Shown here piece after piece: positions 55,576 to 56,907 of a stretch of DNA of 56,907 nt. Each line of letters starts with the position of its first letter. The stretch's first letter is position 1. Source of the DNA: a virus (taxonomy: Duplodnaviria; Caudoviricetes); IMG/VR virus record IMGVR_UViG_3300021373_003004, positions 1-56,907 of that record. One strand, 5' to 3'. Position numbers and translations under genes: made by a program. The notes beneath the pieces are model-generated. The model saw only the letters and a list, made by a program, of their open reading frames with translations. It searched no databases and was not told where the DNA came from.

Positions 55576-55808
55576 TATGTCTCTATTGTGTTACCACGAC
55601 CAGATTTTTTCTTAATACCTTTTAATAGATCATTCCATTCGGAACCTGCAGCTTTACGTGCTGTGTCACCGACTCCTGATATGAATTTTGCTGTGGAAAG
55701 TTTTTGTTTGTACTTGCCTTCTGCAAGCAATGCTTCTCGTTCTGATAAAGAAAGAATCATCTCTGACTCTTCACCAGTCTCGACGTTTATCATTGTGTAA
55801 CTTGGCAT
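55575..55808 (-). CDS. FmdB-like small protein lacking the Zn cysteines
   Basis: MPSYTMINVETGE...WNDLLKGIKK; typical T4-like position upstream of phoH. Confidence 0.6.
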   Translation of the reverse strand: MPSYTMINVETGEESEMILSLSEREALLAEGKYKQKLSTAKFISGVGDTARKAAGSEWNDLLKGIKKKSGRGNTIET

Positions 55809-55819
55809 TTTTAATCCTA

Positions 55820-55862
55820 TGTCAGCTGATTATATTATATCATGAAAAATAACCAGCTGACA
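55820..55862 (-). promoter_or_regulatory. sigma70-type promoter (TGTCAG-N17-TATAAT) bracketed by a 14-bp inverted repeat
   Basis: TGTCAGCTGATTAT (55820-55833) and ATAACCAGCTGACA (55849-55862); -10 box at 55834-55839. Confidence 0.6.
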
Positions 55863-55876
55863 CAGTTATTTTCCTA

Positions 55877-56029
55877 CTATGAGGCTTCAGCTATACGCGT
55901 TGATAAAAACTCGTATTTACGTTTGAGTTTCGACACTAGGTCTTTATTACCCTTCTTTTTAACCTTGTTTATATATTGTTCTAATTCTGTTAAATCGTTA
56001 CGTAATCTATCAAGCTGAATTTTACTCAT
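55877..56029 (-). CDS. Small basic helical protein (50 aa)
   Basis: GGGAG RBS; MSKIQLDRLRNDLTELEQY... Confidence 0.55.
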   Translation of the reverse strand: MSKIQLDRLRNDLTELEQYINKVKKKGNKDLVSKLKRKYEFLSTRIAEAS

Positions 56030-56047
56030 TGTTTCTCCCTGAGTTAG

Positions 56048-56482
56048 TTACTTTAGAATTAAATTTGGAAATGCCTCCTGTACTAGTTTCTTGGTAATAC
56101 CTTTTGCTGGCTGTCTTTTGTCAATCATATTGCACAGCAGCTCAGCATCCTTTGGATGAATAGTCTCTAACACATCGATAAAGAGCTTCTCACGACGAAA
56201 CGCAGGCATCTTCTCACCTGGTCCGCCCTTCACCCAATTCGCGAATTTCTTATTGTGTTTGAGTAGGTTTGATGGGACACTAGATTCATCAGCAGGTTCA
56301 TATGGTGGTTTACCCTCTGGTAAAAGCCACTGGACTGTATCGTCAAATGTTCCACGTAAAACATCTTTTAATGCCCAGTTATTATCATGTTCCTGGAGAA
56401 TCTTAATCTTCTCTGCTTTTGTTTTTGCAGCAGAGGCCTTCTCTATAATTTCATGTACACGCCATGTAACTTTATTTACCAT
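56048..56482 (-). CDS. Conserved T4-like protein (DUF6433-like)
   Basis: WLLPEGKPPY, RREKLFIDVLETIHPKDAELL and LVQEAFP motifs. Confidence 0.75.
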   Translation of the reverse strand: MVNKVTWRVHEIIEKASAAKTKAEKIKILQEHDNNWALKDVLRGTFDDTVQWLLPEGKPPYEPADESSVPSNLLKHNKKFANWVKGGPGEKMPAFRREKLFIDVLETIHPKDAELLCNMIDKRQPAKGITKKLVQEAFPNLILK

Positions 56483-56786
56483 AATCTTCTCTTATTCTAT
56501 CCCGAATAGGATTTCTTTCATTATTACTACACATTTTTTTACAAGTATCTAATCTATTGTCATTTATATCTATAAGATAAAAAAACTCTAACCACTCTTC
56601 TGAATACTCAATGTTATCTATATTATCATTACAGTCTATATGAAGTTTTTCTTTAAATAGTTTTTTGTATACTACATGATCTCTATTAAAATTAGTGTCT
56701 AACCAACAGCAAGGTAAAATAAAACCATCTGCAGCAAACGCTCGAGTTCTTCTGTTACTACGACATTTTGGATTTAACAAAGTCAC
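56472..56786 (-). CDS. Stand-alone SPASM/twitch-like Fe-S domain protein
   Basis: PKC...ADGFILPCCWLD...CKKMC motif. Confidence 0.65.
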   Translation of the reverse strand: MTLLNPKCRSNRRTRAFAADGFILPCCWLDTNFNRDHVVYKKLFKEKLHIDCNDNIDNIEYSEEWLEFFYLIDINDNRLDTCKKMCSNNERNPIRDRIREDYGK

Positions 56787-56907
56787 CTCTTGTAGGTTTA
56801 AAGGGGTCGTAAGGTTTTTCCCATCTGCTAGAAAGATTTAGTTCAAAAATTATATTATTATCTAATGCCATCTGTTTAGCTTTATCTATGTTCTCTTCAT
56901 TATATTT
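56758..56907 (-). CDS. C-terminus of a gene entering from the window edge, probably a radical SAM enzyme
   Basis: Open frame KYNEENIDKAKQMALDNNIIFELNLSSRW...; overlaps the SPASM-like ORF. Confidence 0.45.
   Translation of the reverse strand, partial: KYNEENIDKAKQMALDNNIIFELNLSSRWEKPYDPFKPTRGDFVKSKMS

Noticed and set aside
1-56907. Assignment as a cyanophage
   Set aside because: Gene order is similar, but no photosynthesis or other cyanobacterial marker genes are in this window; the host cannot be determined here.

Overview
A 56.9-kb segment of a T4-like myovirus genome, AT-rich and with gene content resembling marine cyanophage/pelagiphage-type T4 relatives. The host is probably proteobacterial (inferred from IHF-like sites and sigma70-type promoters). 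Positions 1-27 kb (- strand) hold a late operon of tail fibre/receptor-binding and baseplate genes: three MAFKI paralogues, an S74-chaperone fibre, a DUF4815/VrlC-like protein in three genes, gp8, gp9/10-like, gp7-like, gp6, gp25, a gp5 locus in three genes with three types of peptidoglycan hydrolase, hub, gp53 and gp48. Positions 27-31.8 kb (+ strand) hold gp4, a sulfotransferase, gp2, a tube/gp54-like gene, gp26, gp51 (apparently reached by a -1 frameshift) and a tape-measure-like gene. Positions 31.9-42.7 kb hold gp32, gp33, many small early genes behind a repeated TGTACA-N17-TAGnnT promoter, and tRNA-Arg(UCU). Positions 42.7-54.7 kb hold a dense cluster of glycosyl-, methyl- and sulfotransferase, radical SAM and 2OG-oxygenase genes, followed by phoH. 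The main candidate novel system is phage-encoded virion protein O-glycosylation: outer virion proteins are strongly enriched in Asp-Ser dipeptides (about 64 in ~4,700 aa, hand count), inner baseplate proteins almost lack them (1 in ~2,970 aa), and the genome encodes about ten glycosyltransferase-like genes plus glycan-decorating enzymes. All family assignments come from motif recognition by eye; no searches were run.
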